Assembly: GCA_001785735.1 (NCBI GenBank)
Contig: MFUP01000014.1
Coordinates: 1 to 56,554 of the forward strand
Origin: Candidatus Nomurabacteria bacterium RIFCSPLOWO2_01_FULL_33_24
Lineage (GTDB): Bacteria > Patescibacteriota > Minisyncoccia > Phycocordibacterales > MFUP01
DNA length: 56,554 bases
Reading direction: 5' to 3'
Shown here piece by piece: positions 29,118 to 36,662 of this stretch. Within the stretch, counting starts at the first letter, position 1; every line of letters begins with the position of its first letter. The notes under the pieces were generated by a model that saw only the letters and a list, made by a program, of their open reading frames with translations, had not been told where the DNA came from and did not search any database. A program made the translations under genes and the position numbers.

Positions 29118-29138
29118 ATGAGTTTTGGAGTTTGTGAG

Positions 29139-30254
29139 TCATCGGACTCCGAGCGTTGCGCCAGGGTATTCAAGTCCTTTCGGCTTGATGATGACTTTCT
29201 TGTCGTCGCTTCGTTCGATGTATCCGGCGCGAAGCGCAACAAGTTTGTGCGAAGAGGCGATTTCGGCAACTACATCCGCGTCGGCTTCCGAAACATAGAG
29301 TGCGAAACCCGCACCCATGTTGAAGTTGCCATACGCCTCCATGTCGTCCACCGGACCGTGCTTCTGCAAGAAGTCGAAGATCGGAAGTTGTTTCGGCAAA
29401 CGCTCGATGATGTAGGCAAACGATTGCGTTGCTCGCATGAGCTTGCGCCAGCCGTGCCCCGTGACGTTCACTGTGTAGTGGATGTTCACGCCACGGTTAA
29501 GGCAATCTTCGACAAGAGCAACGTAGATGTGCGTAGGGTCGAGCAGTGTCTCGCCGTAGGTTCGACCATCGTTGAGCCGAGTCAGATAGCCGTCAGACAA
29601 CCTATCGGCGATCTTCCGTGCCATTGTGAGGCCGTTCGCATGGATACCGGAACTCTCGACGAGAACGATCTCGTCGCCATGTTGGATGTTGTCCGCAGTG
29701 ATGAGCCGCTCTTTCGGCTTCACGAGGCCCATCGCCGAACCGGAAAGAACAATCGCATACGGCACGACAACACCCTTAAGCGTCGGAGTTTCGCCGCCAC
29801 CCCAAACGCAACGCGCAAGGTTGCAAGCGTTCTTCCAACCTTCGACAAGATCACGACGTCGTTTCTCATCGTCGAACCAGTTGGAGTCGCCGACGGCGAG
29901 GTGCATCGCCACTGAAAGCGGGAGTGCGCCAAGCGTAATCATGTCGTTCACGATCATCGCCACAGTGTCCTGCGCGATGTGGTCGTAATACGATTTGCCG
30001 GTAAGACGATACATCGCGTCGGCGACAAGATTTTTCGTGCCAAGTCCTTCCTCAACGTGCGCGAAATAGCTCTCGGCCGCCTCGATGAGGTACGCGCTCT
30101 CGCCACGACTCATCTCGACTTCTCGAAATTCGCCATTGTTGAGACGATTGATATTTGCGGCAGTCTCACAACCCGCGAGTTGCGCCATGCGCTTGAATGG
30201 GTCCATTGCGTCGTAACTCACGCCAACTCCAGCATAGGTCATCTTTTCTGTCAT
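29139..30254 (-). CDS. purM: Phosphoribosylformylglycinamidine cyclo-ligase (AIR synthetase), likely horizontally acquired
   Basis: TYAGVGV, EGLGTK, VAMIVND, GGET, SSGIHANG, VTGHG, NFNMGAG. Start set at MTEKM, preceded by a GGAGG RBS. Visibly GC-rich. Confidence 0.92.
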   Translation of the reverse strand: MTEKMTYAGVGVSYDAMDPFKRMAQLAGCETAANINRLNNGEFREVEMSRGESAYLIEAAESYFAHVEEGLGTKNLVADAMYRLTGKSYYDHIAQDTVAMIVNDMITLGALPLSVAMHLAVGDSNWFDDEKRRRDLVEGWKNACNLARCVWGGGETPTLKGVVVPYAIVLSGSAMGLVKPKERLITADNIQHGDEIVLVESSGIHANGLTMARKIADRLSDGYLTRLNDGRTYGETLLDPTHIYVALVEDCLNRGVNIHYTVNVTGHGWRKLMRATQSFAYIIERLPKQLPIFDFLQKHGPVDDMEAYGNFNMGAGFALYVSEADADVVAEIASSHKLVALRAGYIERSDDKKVIIKPKGLEYPGATLGVR

Positions 30255-30478
30255 GTTCTTTCCTCCTTTTCCGTTTTTTGAGTTTTCAGGGTACAAATTA
30301 AGCCAAGCACTAGCTTGATCTCCTATGATGTAAATTACAACAAAACAAGATAGAAAGCAAGGTCAAAAAATAAAAAAAGAAATTCCTATGAATTTCTAAA
30401 TCAAATGAGTATGAAAAAATTTTCTTTTACAAAATATGGTTCGAGCCGATATTTTTATCAGGTTCTTTGGCAGCTTTT

Positions 30479-30565
30479 AAGATCGCGACGAAGCCGCTCA
30501 AATTTTGGGGGGCTGGCCGTCGCCGCCGCAGGCGGCGAAATGCGTTCGGACTAATTCAAAAATAC
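30479..30565 (-). repeat. Right 87-bp inverted repeat
   Basis: Inverted copy of 28926-29012. Confidence 0.95.
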
Positions 30566-30567
30566 AA

Positions 30568-30627
30568 CACCAGCAAGGAATTTGCAAGCGATTTGGGTTC
30601 GCCTCGCTTGCAAATTCCTTGCTGGTG
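30568..30627. repeat. Perfect 24-bp inverted repeat overlapping the tRNA-Gly CCA end
   Basis: CACCAGCAAGGAATTTGCAAGCGA-N12-TCGCTTGCAAATTCCTTGCTGGTG. Confidence 0.9.
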
Positions 30628-30696
30628 CGGGTAGAGAGAATCGAACTCTCGTCTACTGCTTGGAAGGCAGTTATTCTACCACTAAACCATACCCGC
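30623..30696 (-). tRNA. tRNA-Gly(TCC), CCA encoded
   Basis: GCGGGTA acceptor stem, anticodon loop CTTCCAA, T-loop GTTCGATTC, 3' ACCA. Confidence 0.95.
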
Positions 30697-30700
30697 TATA

Positions 30701-30773
30701 TCGGGGTGCCGGGATTCGAACCCGGAGTCACTTGATCCCAAATCAAGCATGTTAGCCGTTACACCACACCCCG
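30701..30773 (-). tRNA. tRNA-Pro(TGG), CCA not encoded
   Basis: CGGGGTG acceptor stem, CTTGA-TTTGGGA-TCAAG, GTTCGAATC. Confidence 0.95.
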
Positions 30774-30818
30774 TCTATTAAATAATATAAAAATACTATC
30801 ACATTTAAGCCAAAAATA

Positions 30819-30846
30819 AAAAGCTTATTCAAAAGAATAAGCTTTT
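30819..30846. terminator. Hairpin terminator
   Basis: AAAAGCTTATTC-AAAA-GAATAAGCTTTT. Confidence 0.7.
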
Positions 30847-30870
30847 CAAAAAATTTAAAAATTTTGATTT

Positions 30871-31074
30871 TTAATCTTCTGGAAGAAATTCTTTACTGGC
30901 TTCAAAACCAGGACCATCATAATTTTTTTCCAAAATTGTTACACAATCTATAATTCCCTCGTCACCAACTGAAACTTCGGGACCTTCATTAATTTGAAAA
31001 TCATAAGGATCTCTCTTTTGATTACAAAGAGCTATTGTACGATTTTCTTCTGGTACAAATTTTTTCTTCCCCAT
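30871..31074 (-). CDS. Small acidic hypothetical protein
   Basis: 67-aa ORF filling an intergenic gap, with an upstream TATAAT and a downstream terminator hairpin. Confidence 0.5.
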   Translation of the reverse strand: MGKKKFVPEENRTIALCNQKRDPYDFQINEGPEVSVGDEGIIDCVTILEKNYDGPGFEASKEFLPED

Positions 31075-31155
31075 TTATTGATTATTTTAAAAGTCAACAA
31101 AAAAAACATATCCTTGTTATTATACATTATTTTTCAAAAAAATAAAAGAATTTTT

Positions 31156-31566
31156 TTATAAAATAATATTTTCTATAAATTTGACTCTAGCTAATTTTTT
31201 GGCTGTATCTAAAAAAACAATTATTACATCAAATTGCCATTCTTGGTTATCAGAAACATTTATCCTTAATAAATAAGATTGGATAACTCGTGAGAGTCTT
31301 TTTAATTTCCACGAGTGAAGGTTATCTTCTGGTTGGTAATTATTAAATGTTTCTTTTTCTGCTTTATTATTTAAATCTTTAGACACAGATTTTACTTCAA
31401 TAAAATGCAAAACATTTTTCTTCTCAGAAATTATATCTATCTCTCCATATCTCTTTGTATAATTTTTTTCTTTAATGACAAAACCCTGTTTCATAAGAAA
31501 CTTACAAGCGATATTTTCACCTATTTCTCCTATTTTTTGATTATCAGAAGTAAATTTCTTCATCAT
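31156..31566 (-). CDS. yraN: YraN-family (UPF0102) putative endonuclease
   Basis: GEIGENIACKFL..G..I.EKNY..YGEIDII..LHFIEVK..FDVI; start trimmed to MMKKF. Confidence 0.9.
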   Translation of the reverse strand: MMKKFTSDNQKIGEIGENIACKFLMKQGFVIKEKNYTKRYGEIDIISEKKNVLHFIEVKSVSKDLNNKAEKETFNNYQPEDNLHSWKLKRLSRVIQSYLLRINVSDNQEWQFDVIIVFLDTAKKLARVKFIENIIL

Positions 31567-31587
31567 TTTAATTATTTTAATTGTTTT

Positions 31588-31603
31588 TGTTTCATGTGAA
31601 ACT
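31588..31603. promoter_or_regulatory. parS-like site
   Basis: TGTTTCATGTGAAACT versus consensus TGTTTCACGTGAAACA (2 mismatches). Confidence 0.6.
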
Positions 31604-31608
31604 ATAAC

Positions 31609-31638
31609 TGTGGATAAATCTGTTGATAATGTGTATAA
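31609..31638. promoter_or_regulatory. Three tandem co-oriented DnaA boxes
   Basis: TGTGGATAA, TGTTGATAA and TGTGTATAA; two fit the reverse complement of TTWTNCACA exactly and one has 1 mismatch. Confidence 0.7.
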
Positions 31639-31684
31639 AGGACATAAAAACAATTTGTCTTATAAGATGTCTGTTAAATTTATG

Positions 31685-31756
31685 CGCTCCTGGAGGGATT
31701 CGAACCCCCAACGACGGTTCCGAAGACCGTTATGATATCCATTTCACCACAGGAGC
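31685..31756 (-). tRNA. tRNA-Arg(TCG)
   Basis: GCTCCTG acceptor stem, ACGGT-CTTCGGA-ACCGT, GTTCGAATC. Confidence 0.93.
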
Positions 31757-31846
31757 TTTAAGAGTTTTAGTATTATACCCTAAATTGATCATCAATGAAA
31801 ATTAAGATATAATAGAAAATTATTATAAATAATAAATAAATAGTCT

Positions 31847-31917
31847 GCGGATATGGTTTAGTGGTAGAACACGTCCTTGCCAAGGATGAGACGGGAGTCC
31901 GATTCTCCCTATCCGCA
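31847..31917 (+). tRNA. tRNA-Gly(GCC)
   Basis: GCGGATA acceptor stem, anticodon loop TTGCCAA, variant T-loop GTCCGATTC. Confidence 0.9.
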
Positions 31918-31930
31918 CAAAAACAATAAT

Positions 31931-33403
31931 ATGGATTATCATTTTGAAATCCCCAAAGAAATTTCTAACATAACAAAAACACTTGAGGAAGGTGGTTTTG
32001 AAGCTTATTTAGTTGGTGGGTGTGTTCGTGATTTATTTAGAAAAGACAAGCCTAAAGATTGGGATGTAACAACTAATGCCAACCCTGAACAGATAATGAA
32101 ACTTTTTGAAAAATCAGTTTATGAAAATAATTTTGGAACAGTAGCTGTCATAAACGAAAATATAAATGATCAAACACTTAAGGTGGTTGAAATAACCCCT
32201 TATAGATTAGAAGCAAAATATTCTGATCACCGGCATCCCGATTCAATTATTTTTGGTAACAAATTAGAAGATGATTTAAAGAGACGAGATTTTACCATTA
32301 ACGCCATTGCTTATAATGTTTCCAAGAAACAAGTTATTGATCTTTGTAACGGACAACAAGATATAAAGGACATGATTATAAGGACAGTCGGAAAACCCAG
32401 GGAAAGATTCTCAGAAGATGCTTTAAGAATGTTAAGAGGAATAAGATTAGCAACCCAACTAGGTTTCATGATTAACGCTGATACTGAAAAAGCTATATTA
32501 ATGATGGGAAGTTTCATGAATAACATCTCTGCTGAAAGAATTCAGGATGAATTTGTAAAAATAATTATGTCTGACGAACCAATGAAAGGATTAATTACAG
32601 CTAATAAACTTGGAATACTAAAATATATAGTTCCGGAACTTGAGACTGGAATTGGTATTAAACAAAATAAAGATCATATTTATGAAGTTTGGGAACATCT
32701 TCTTAGAAGTATTCAGCATTCAGCCAAAAGAAGTTGGCCATTACACGTGAGACTTTCTGCTCTTTTCCATGACATTGCTAAACCAAAAACAAGATTTTGG
32801 ATGGACGAAAAGAAGGATTATACTTTTTACGGACATGATGTTGTGGGAGCAAGAATAGCTAATGAAATCATGGTCAGATTGAAGTTTTCTAAAAAAATGA
32901 TTGAAACTGTCACAAAATTGGTTAGAAACCATATGTTCTTTTCTGATATAGATCAAATTACTCTTTCAGCAGTGAGAAGACTAGTTTCACGTGTTGGACC
33001 TGAAAATGTTTGGGATCTTATGAGGGTTAGAGCTTGTGACAGAATTGGTATGGGAAAACCAAAAGAAACTCCTTATCGATTAAGAAAATATGAATCAATG
33101 ATTGAAGAAGCAATGCGAGCTCCAGTTTCTGTGGGAATGTTAAAGATTGATGGAATTAAAATAATGGATGTTATTCATGAAACACCTAGCCCTAGAATTG
33201 GATACATTCTTCATGCTCTTTTGGAAGAAGTTTTAGAAAATCCTAGTTTGAACACAACTGAATATTTAGAAAAGAAAACCAAAGAATTAGCTCAATTTCC
33301 TGAAAAAGATTTAAAAAATCTAGGTAAGGCGGGAAAAGAAAAAAGAGATGAGGAAGAAGAAAAAGAGCTCTCCATAATCCGCCAGAGGCACGGGGTGAAA
33401 TAA
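31931..33403 (+). CDS. cca: CCA tRNA nucleotidyltransferase with HD domain
   Basis: YLVGGCVRD..DWDV, DLKRRDFTINA, EDALRMLR, ERI, FHDIAKP; start trimmed to MDYHF to avoid overlapping the tRNA. Confidence 0.92.
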   Translation: MDYHFEIPKEISNITKTLEEGGFEAYLVGGCVRDLFRKDKPKDWDVTTNANPEQIMKLFEKSVYENNFGTVAVINENINDQTLKVVEITPYRLEAKYSDHRHPDSIIFGNKLEDDLKRRDFTINAIAYNVSKKQVIDLCNGQQDIKDMIIRTVGKPRERFSEDALRMLRGIRLATQLGFMINADTEKAILMMGSFMNNISAERIQDEFVKIIMSDEPMKGLITANKLGILKYIVPELETGIGIKQNKDHIYEVWEHLLRSIQHSAKRSWPLHVRLSALFHDIAKPKTRFWMDEKKDYTFYGHDVVGARIANEIMVRLKFSKKMIETVTKLVRNHMFFSDIDQITLSAVRRLVSRVGPENVWDLMRVRACDRIGMGKPKETPYRLRKYESMIEEAMRAPVSVGMLKIDGIKIMDVIHETPSPRIGYILHALLEEVLENPSLNTTEYLEKKTKELAQFPEKDLKNLGKAGKEKRDEEEEKELSIIRQRHGVK

Positions 33404-33494
33404 TTCTGGGTATTATCGAAAGATGAAATAAAAAAGGCCATTTCTTAAAGAAAAGCTTGTTATTTTATGAAATAAACCCATAAAAATTTATTAT

Positions 33495-33842
33495 TTGTTA
33501 AGCTTTAAGGCAAACAAGACTGTTCAATTGTTCTCCTCTCCTGTTTCTCGAGCGATAGAAAGCGCTGAAATTATTAGCCATATCACGGGACTGGATTACA
33601 ATTTTCTTGAAGAATTAGGATTAAATTGTTCAGATGGAGATAAAATAAAAAATGTTATTTTAGATAAAATTTTAACTTTAACAAATGGCGAAATAGTAGT
33701 AATGGTTTCTCATTTACCAAATATATCAGGAGTTATTGTGTCTTTTGACTGTGGAAAACCAGAGATTAGGTGGATTGGAACCGGGGAAGCAATAGTTCTA
33801 AACTTTGGGGGTAAAAAGGTTGTGCGAGCACATAAATTATAA
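33495..33842 (+). pseudogene. Truncated SixA-like histidine phosphatase
   Basis: SSPVSRAIESA and VMVSHLP motifs are present, but there is no in-frame N-terminal RHG; weak TTG start and upstream stops. Confidence 0.55.
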
Positions 33843-33858
33843 TGTCTTTTTTTGTTAT

Positions 33859-33886
33859 AAAACCCAACTAAATTTAGTTGGGTTTT
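33859..33886. terminator. Bidirectional terminator
   Basis: AAAACCCAACTA-AATT-TAGTTGGGTTTT. Confidence 0.75.
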
Positions 33887-34659
33887 TATTTTATCTTAAT
33901 ATTTATTTCAATCGGACAATGATCGGAACCATAAATATCCTTTAGGATTGTAGTTGATTTTATTTTTCTAATTAGATCAGCGCTAATAAAAAAATAATCT
34001 ATCCGCCAACCAACATTTCTATCACGAGCTCTAGTTTTTAAATCCCAATAAGTATAAGTATCTTTTTTGTTTGGAAAAAAATGACGAAAGACATCAACAT
34101 ATCCCGAGGCAATTATTTCATCTAACCAAGCTCTTTCTTCGGGCAGAAAACCAGTATTCTGCTCGTTCGCTTTTGGCCGAGCAAGATCAATCTCTTCGTG
34201 AGCAGTATTGATATCCCCACAAAAGATTATTTTATAACCCTTTTTTCTTAGTTTGTTAATAAATTTTAGAAAAGCATCATAAAATTCAAGTTTATATTCT
34301 AATCTTTCTGGGCTCATTCCTCCGTTCGGGAAATAAATATTTAGCAGAACAAAACCATCAAAATAACTAACAATGATTCTTCCTTCTTGATCAAATTTTT
34401 TTATTCCAATTCCGTACTCAACTTTTTTTGGTTTAACTTTTGAATACAAAGCCACTCCGCTATATCCTTTTTTAATTTCCGACGAAGAAAAAAAAGATAA
34501 GTATCCCTTTGGTAATTTAACTTCTTCTGAAAGCTGGTCGGGGTGCGCTTTGGTTTCTTGTAAACAAAAAATATCAGGATTCTTTTTTAAAATATTTCCC
34601 CAATATCCTTGACGCTCAAGCGCCCGTAAACCATTAACATTCCAAGATATAATTTTCAT
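33886..34659 (-). CDS. xth: Exodeoxyribonuclease III / AP endonuclease
   Basis: ISWNVNGLRA, CLQETK, GYSGVA, CGDINTAH, GWRIDY, SDHCP. Confidence 0.97.
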   Translation of the reverse strand: MKIISWNVNGLRALERQGYWGNILKKNPDIFCLQETKAHPDQLSEEVKLPKGYLSFFSSSEIKKGYSGVALYSKVKPKKVEYGIGIKKFDQEGRIIVSYFDGFVLLNIYFPNGGMSPERLEYKLEFYDAFLKFINKLRKKGYKIIFCGDINTAHEEIDLARPKANEQNTGFLPEERAWLDEIIASGYVDVFRHFFPNKKDTYTYWDLKTRARDRNVGWRIDYFFISADLIRKIKSTTILKDIYGSDHCPIEINIKIK

Positions 34660-34676
34660 AGTTGAATTATAACATA

Positions 34677-35564
34677 CTACCTTTTGCCCTTATTATGAAA
34701 GGATTTATGAACATTTTTTAACTGCCGGTCAGTGATGTGTGTATAAATTTGAGTGGTGGAAATATTTGTATGTCCAAGCATCATTTGAACTGAACGAATA
34801 TCGGCTCCGTTTTGAAGTAAATCAGTAGCAAAAGAGTGACGAATAATATGGGGGGTAACTTTTTTTGAAATCCCAGCTTTAATCGCATAATGCTTTACAA
34901 TTCTTTCTATTGATCTTGGGGTCAATCTTATTTCGTTATTTTCATTTTTACTTTTTACTAATCGCAAAAACAGTGATTCTTCCATGTCTGTTCTTTTGTC
35001 TAAATATTTTTTGATAGCTGTTTTGGCCGTTTCTGATAAAAAAACCAAACGAATTTTTTCTCCTTTCCCTCTAATAGAAAATTCATCTTTTTTTAAATCA
35101 ATATCTCTATTAAGCGAAGCTAATTCTGACACCCGCAGGCCAGTAGAAAAGAAAAGTTCCAAAATAGCCTTATCTCTTAAAGATTTTTCGTCACTTCCTT
35201 CTGGGGCCAGAAGGAGTCTTTCTAGTTCATCAGTGCTTATTAAATCTAAACTTCTTTCTTTTATTTTAGCTAACTCAATTTTGTCGGGTGATAAAACCTT
35301 TACATTTCTTTTCATTAAGTATCGCAAAAAAGACCGTAGAGATATTAAATAATAATTTTGAGTATTTTTTTTAAGATCTTGTCTGTTTAAATACAAACGA
35401 AACTCTCTGACTTTGTCATCATTAATTTCAATAATATTTTTTATCTTAGAAAATTCAAAAAACTTATTTAGATAACGCTCATAATTTTCAATCGTTTTTA
35501 AGCTATATCCTTTTTCTATTTCTAAATATTCTAAAAATTGCCTTTTAAGTTTTTGGGTGTCCAT
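34677..35564 (-). CDS. XerC/XerD-type tyrosine recombinase
   Basis: STGLRVSE, GKGEK, TPHIIRHSFAT, MLGH..ISTTQIYTH. Confidence 0.93.
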   Translation of the reverse strand: MDTQKLKRQFLEYLEIEKGYSLKTIENYERYLNKFFEFSKIKNIIEINDDKVREFRLYLNRQDLKKNTQNYYLISLRSFLRYLMKRNVKVLSPDKIELAKIKERSLDLISTDELERLLLAPEGSDEKSLRDKAILELFFSTGLRVSELASLNRDIDLKKDEFSIRGKGEKIRLVFLSETAKTAIKKYLDKRTDMEESLFLRLVKSKNENNEIRLTPRSIERIVKHYAIKAGISKKVTPHIIRHSFATDLLQNGADIRSVQMMLGHTNISTTQIYTHITDRQLKNVHKSFHNKGKR

Positions 35565-35637
35565 TCTTATATCCTATTATTCTATCACAATGTCGCACAA
35601 TAAATGTTCTCTAAAAAATATTTAGTCATAAAGACCC

Positions 35638-35666
35638 TTGCAAATGAAAGAAATTTATGATAAGAT
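35638..35666 (+). promoter_or_regulatory. Sigma70 promoter of rpsO
   Basis: TTGCAA-N17-TAAGAT with an extended TG. Confidence 0.6.
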
Positions 35667-35675
35667 AACAAAACA

Positions 35676-35939
35676 ATGTTAAAAGCAAAAAAAAAACAAG
35701 GAATTATCAAGAAATCCCAAATTCATGATAAAGATACTGGATCATCTCAAGTGCAGATTGGTGTTTTGTCTGAGAGAATTAATGAACTTTCAACCCACCT
35801 AAAAAAACATAAAAAAGACCATCACTCCAGAAGAGGTTTAATAAAAATGGTGAGCGACCGCCGAAAACATTTAAAATACTTAGAAAAAAAAGATTCTAAG
35901 GAATATATAAAAGCACTTAAAACAATAAAAGAAAAATAA
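35676..35939 (+). CDS. rpsO: 30S ribosomal protein S15
   Basis: [24 protein letters not shown]. Confidence 0.97.
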   Translation: MLKAKKKQGIIKKSQIHDKDTGSSQVQIGVLSERINELSTHLKKHKKDHHSRRGLIKMVSDRRKHLKYLEKKDSKEYIKALKTIKEK

Positions 35940-35993
35940 AAATTAATTTATTTATATATACATAAATTCCCGAAAGGATGTTATTATAAAAAT

Positions 35994-36500
35994 ATGCCGA
36001 TAATTAAACAAAAAGAACAAAGGGTAGGAATTTTTATTGATACTCAAAATCTTTATCATAGCGCTAAAAACCTTTATAAAAGAAAGGTTAATTTTGGAGC
36101 AATTGTCAAAGAAGCTCTAGCTGGACGAAAATTAGTTCGAGCCATTGCTTATGTTATTACCACTGAGGCCGGTGAAGAGAAAGGATTTTTTGATGCTTTA
36201 GAAAAATTGGGGATTGAAACTAAGACAAAAGATTTACAAATCTTTTTTGGTGGAGCCAAAAAAGGGGATTGGGATGTCGGCTTGGCGATTGATTCTATTA
36301 AATTAGCTCCTAAATTAGATGCGGTAGTTATTGTTTCTGGTGATGGTGATTTTGTCCCGTTGGTAGAATACTTAAAGACCAGCACCCAGGTTGAAGTTAT
36401 GTCTTTTGGAAAATCATCTTCTTCTAAGTTAAAAGAAATAGTGGATGACTTCATTGATCTCTCCGAAAATCCAAAAAAATACCTTATTGGGTATAAATAA
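35994..36500 (+). CDS. NYN/LabA (DUF88) domain protein
   Basis: FIDTQNLY, KGDWDV, SGDGDFVPL, L..DDFIDL. Confidence 0.9.
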   Translation: MPIIKQKEQRVGIFIDTQNLYHSAKNLYKRKVNFGAIVKEALAGRKLVRAIAYVITTEAGEEKGFFDALEKLGIETKTKDLQIFFGGAKKGDWDVGLAIDSIKLAPKLDAVVIVSGDGDFVPLVEYLKTSTQVEVMSFGKSSSSKLKEIVDDFIDLSENPKKYLIGYK

Positions 36501-36662
36501 AAAAGGTGTTATAGTAGAACCAGTTTATAAAGTCGAGGAGAAAATTATAAAGTTATAAGGTGAAAGAGTAGTCTTTAGACGAGTAGGGTTGTACCTTCTC
36601 TCGACAAAGCTCGAGACAAGTTAGGACAACTTTAAGGTCTGGGGGTTACTCCTAAAAACAAA

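Larger units (their letters stand above)
28926..30565. mobile_element. Putative non-autonomous or invertible cassette carrying purM
   Basis: 1640 bp bounded by the two inverted repeats; GC-rich cargo; abuts the tRNA-Gly 3' end; no transposase and no target-site duplication seen. Confidence 0.5.

Noticed and set aside
29118..30281. Long + strand ORFs (265, 120 and 100 aa) opposite purM
   Set aside because: Antisense shadows expected from GC-rich codon usage; the minus strand has all the PurM motifs, the RBS and the terminator.
30255..30360. Purine, ZTP or PRPP riboswitch in the purM leader
   Set aside because: The leader is short and none of the conserved aptamer sequence elements could be recognised.
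29090..30603. GGGTTCGCC present in both the purM terminator and the loop of the tRNA-proximal palindrome, as a possible att core or target-site duplication
   Set aside because: Only 9 bp, and not positioned symmetrically at the cassette boundaries.
30505..30735. 76-aa ORF
   Set aside because: It runs across the inverted repeat, the palindrome and the antisense strand of two tRNAs.
31567..31930. N-terminal extensions of yraN and cca, and the 31623-31805 ORF
   Set aside because: They overlap the DnaA/parS sites or tRNAs; downstream ATGs fit the protein families better.
34677..35564. Tyrosine recombinase as the integrase of the purM cassette or a prophage
   Set aside because: It looks like a housekeeping XerC/D-type enzyme (295 aa, no arm-binding domain) among core genes 4 kb away; action in trans cannot be excluded but has no support.
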